Shown: piece after piece, positions 25,589-27,939 of the stretch
Numbering within the stretch: position 1 is the first letter of the stretch
Layout: each line of letters opens with the position of its first letter
Source: an uncultured Thermoprotei archaeon
GTDB lineage: Archaea > Thermoproteota > Thermoprotei > Thermofilales > B15-G2
Length of the DNA: 27,939 bases
Reading direction: 5' to 3'
Assembly: GCA_965367815.1 (NCBI GenBank)
Contig: CBDUKN010000028.1
Coordinates: 1-27,939, forward strand
Made by a program: the position numbers and the translations under genes
Notes under the pieces: generated by a model
Databases searched by the model: none
What the model saw: the letters and a program-made list of their open reading frames with translations, nothing else
What the model was told of the DNA's origin: nothing

Positions 25589-26623
25589 TTATAAAATTTT
25601 TTTATAGACCTCAATATATTCTTTTACGGTTTTTCCCCAACAAAAATATTTGGCTCTCTCAATACTTCTTTTTGACTGTTTATAATATTCTTCCTCGTCA
25701 TCAATTAAACTCTCTATTTTATCTGCTAAATCAAAGCTATCTCCTGGATAAAATGTTAAGGACTGTGGGCCTGCAACCTCATAAGCTCCACCAGCTCTCG
25801 GCACAATAACAGGTAACCCGGAGCCCATAGCCTCTAGTACAGAAAATCCAAAAGGCTCTGCAGAAGCTGTGTGAACATAAATAGACGCTATTCTATAAAG
25901 CTTAATTACATCATAGAAAGGCATTCTTTTAAGAAACCGCACTTTATTTTCTAGCCCCATCTTTTTAACAAGTTTCAAAATCTTAAATCTTAAAGGCCCA
26001 TCTCCACGTATGATTACTTTAAATAATTTTCTTCCTCTAACTAGTTTCAATGCATGTAAAAAGACTTCAGGCTCTTTTGCGGGAACAAACCTACCTATCC
26101 ATAAAAGTACATGTCTTTTTCTAGGAACCCGAGGAACATTTACTCTAAATTCATCTAAGAGACCGTGATAAATCACCTTTGTAGCTTTTACACCTAAATA
26201 CTTATAGAGCATTGTACTGGTATAATTACTTATCGCAATTATAGGAACGCCTATGCTATAGAGTACTTCTAAACACTTCATTTCTTTAATATAGTAAGGT
26301 TTTTTCGAAAATGTCTCTACCCAAATATTAGGATATCCATGCTCCGTTAAGATAATTTTCTCAAAATTACTTATACTGCAACCATCTATGGCTGAATTAA
26401 CATGAAAAACATCATACTCCAAACATGAAGCAATTTTTTCCAAAAAAATACTTCTAGTAAATAAGTTTATATATGGGAGACGAGTTTTCGGTAAGAAAAG
26501 AAATCTAATACCGTCAATGTTATATTTTTTATCAGAAATTAAAATAACAATGTGATTTTTCTTCAGTTCATTAAGCATGCCAATAGTATAATGTTCTACG
26601 TGAGGAGTAAAAGCTATTTTCAC
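25589..26623 (-). CDS. Glycosyltransferase family 4
   Basis: IGRFVPAK, RGDGP, EPFGFSVLEAMGSGLPVI (EX7E). Confidence 0.92.
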   Translation of the reverse strand: MKIAFTPHVEHYTIGMLNELKKNHIVILISDKKYNIDGIRFLFLPKTRLPYINLFTRSIFLEKIASCLEYDVFHVNSAIDGCSISNFEKIILTEHGYPNIWVETFSKKPYYIKEMKCLEVLYSIGVPIIAISNYTSTMLYKYLGVKATKVIYHGLLDEFRVNVPRVPRKRHVLLWIGRFVPAKEPEVFLHALKLVRGRKLFKVIIRGDGPLRFKILKLVKKMGLENKVRFLKRMPFYDVIKLYRIASIYVHTASAEPFGFSVLEAMGSGLPVIVPRAGGAYEVAGPQSLTFYPGDSFDLADKIESLIDDEEEYYKQSKRSIERAKYFCWGKTVKEYIEVYKKIL

Positions 26624-26637
26624 GAAGGTAGTATATT

Positions 26638-26657
26638 CAGATGTTATATAAAATCTG
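26638..26657. promoter_or_regulatory. 20-bp palindrome centred on a TATA box
   Basis: CAGATGTTATATAAAATCTG, one mismatched pair; TTATATAA lies 21-28 nt upstream of the GT4 start at 26623. Confidence 0.4.
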
Positions 26658-26757
26658 CTTCAGAACTCACAGCCCCGTTAAAGACATTTACCAACATTAG
26701 TATAGGAACATATCTTTATATCAACGTTTCTCAATAGATTTGAGGTCTAAGAGCCAG

Positions 26758-27939
26758 GTGATTAACATTAAAATAGTAGTTGCAAACTATGCGTGGAACC
26801 ATCTAGGCGGGGCAACTTTAGTTTGTGCTCATGCAGCAAAAGCTTTTCTCGATAAAGGTTTCGACGTCATAGCAGTCTCACTGACCAACTTCAATAAAAA
26901 TGAATATTTAAAAGAATATGGTATAGATTTAAAAAATATTAAAGTATACTCGCTAATTTCAAAAGATCCCTCAGCTTTTAGTCTCTACTATAGACTCATA
27001 TACTGGATTCCTTTAATGAAAGCAATTAAAAAAGAAAAACCTCAAGTACTTTTCACAGACGTAGAACTTTACAAACCTGTACTAAAACTCAAAAAGAAGA
27101 TCGGTTTCAAAATACTAGAATATATACACTTTCCCTATGTAGTAGAAAAAGATAAGATAAATGAACTACCGATAGAATACATAAAAGCTCTAAAGGAATA
27201 CTTAGGAGAACTAAAAACTCAATACAAGAAATACGAAAAACATCTTTGGAAATACTACTATAAATTCTGGCTAAAACTTTACAAAAAAGTAGCTAGAGAA
27301 AACCCCTTCCACTACGCTGACGTAGTAATGTCCAACTCAAAGTACACTGCTAGGTTATCGAAAATAGTGTGGGGTAGAGAGCCAATAGTTCTAAATCCTC
27401 CCGTTAAAATAAAAGATTTCACTAAATATTCTACAAAATCAATTGATCAAAGAGAAAATGCTGTTGTTATGATAAGTAGAATATCTCCAGAAAAAAGAAT
27501 AGAGGAAGCAATAGATGCAATAGCATTAACCAAAACAAAACCACTACTTAGAGTAATAGGAAGAATATCACCATATAATATAAAGTATAAAAAATACTTA
27601 GAGAGAAAGGCTAAAGAAAAAAACATTAAAATAGAATTTCAGTGTGATGTTCCTAGAGAAAAATTAGTAGAACTTATAGCGAGGTCGAAAATATTCATAC
27701 ACACTACAAGAGGAGAACACTTCGGGATAGCAGTAGTTGAAGCAATGGCTGCGGGACTGCCAGTTATTGTCCATAAAAGTGGAGGCCCCTATGAAGATAT
27801 AATAGACTATGGAAAATACGGAATGTTCTACGAAAATTTAGTTGACCTTTCTCAAAAAATAGATGAATTATTAAAAGATTCAAAATTATGGACAGAATAT
27901 CATAAAAAATCCATAGAAAGGGCAAAAGATTTCGATGAG
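26758..27939 (+). CDS. Glycosyltransferase family 4, ALG11-like (3' truncated by window edge)
   Basis: Not in ORF track. Frame +1 is open to the window end: KIVVANY...GGA, EYIHFP, SNSKYT, LNPPV, SRISPEKR, GEHFGIAVVEAMAAGLPVIVHKSGGPYEDII. Confidence 0.9.
   Translation, partial: MINIKIVVANYAWNHLGGATLVCAHAAKAFLDKGFDVIAVSLTNFNKNEYLKEYGIDLKNIKVYSLISKDPSAFSLYYRLIYWIPLMKAIKKEKPQVLFTDVELYKPVLKLKKKIGFKILEYIHFPYVVEKDKINELPIEYIKALKEYLGELKTQYKKYEKHLWKYYYKFWLKLYKKVARENPFHYADVVMSNSKYTARLSKIVWGREPIVLNPPVKIKDFTKYSTKSIDQRENAVVMISRISPEKRIEEAIDAIALTKTKPLLRVIGRISPYNIKYKKYLERKAKEKNIKIEFQCDVPREKLVELIARSKIFIHTTRGEHFGIAVVEAMAAGLPVIVHKSGGPYEDIIDYGKYGMFYENLVDLSQKIDELLKDSKLWTEYHKKSIERAKDFDE

Noticed and set aside
1-27939. 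tRNA, rRNA, intein or integrase
   Set aside because: None recognisable. The rRNA-like 9-10-mers at 12829-12863 are better explained as sRNA guides.

Overview
Archaeal chromosomal window, most likely a thermophilic Thermoproteota-type organism (radA, egsA, TATA-box promoters, GGTGA Shine-Dalgarno sites). The left half holds housekeeping genes: radA 3' end, egsA, pncB, a Hrq1/SftH-type helicase, a HemK-like methyltransferase, a DUF59 protein, asnS and a degenerate IorA-like protein. It also encodes an unusual 1118-aa surface protein fused to thioredoxin and CcdA domains. An AT-rich island (about 12.4-14.6 kb) carries a probable dual-guide box C/D sRNA aimed at 23S rRNA helices 69-71. The same island carries an AAA_14/DUF4143 ATPase gene bracketed by two inverted copies of a 36-bp palindromic element. 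The right half is a glycosylation locus (UDP-GlcA decarboxylase, UDP-glucose dehydrogenase, two GT2, two GT4, flippase, Thr-type sulfatase-fold enzyme). It is interrupted by two coiled-coil paralogs that share a promoter, N-terminus and heptad array but have different C-terminal domains. All family assignments come from motif recognition by eye; no database searches were run.
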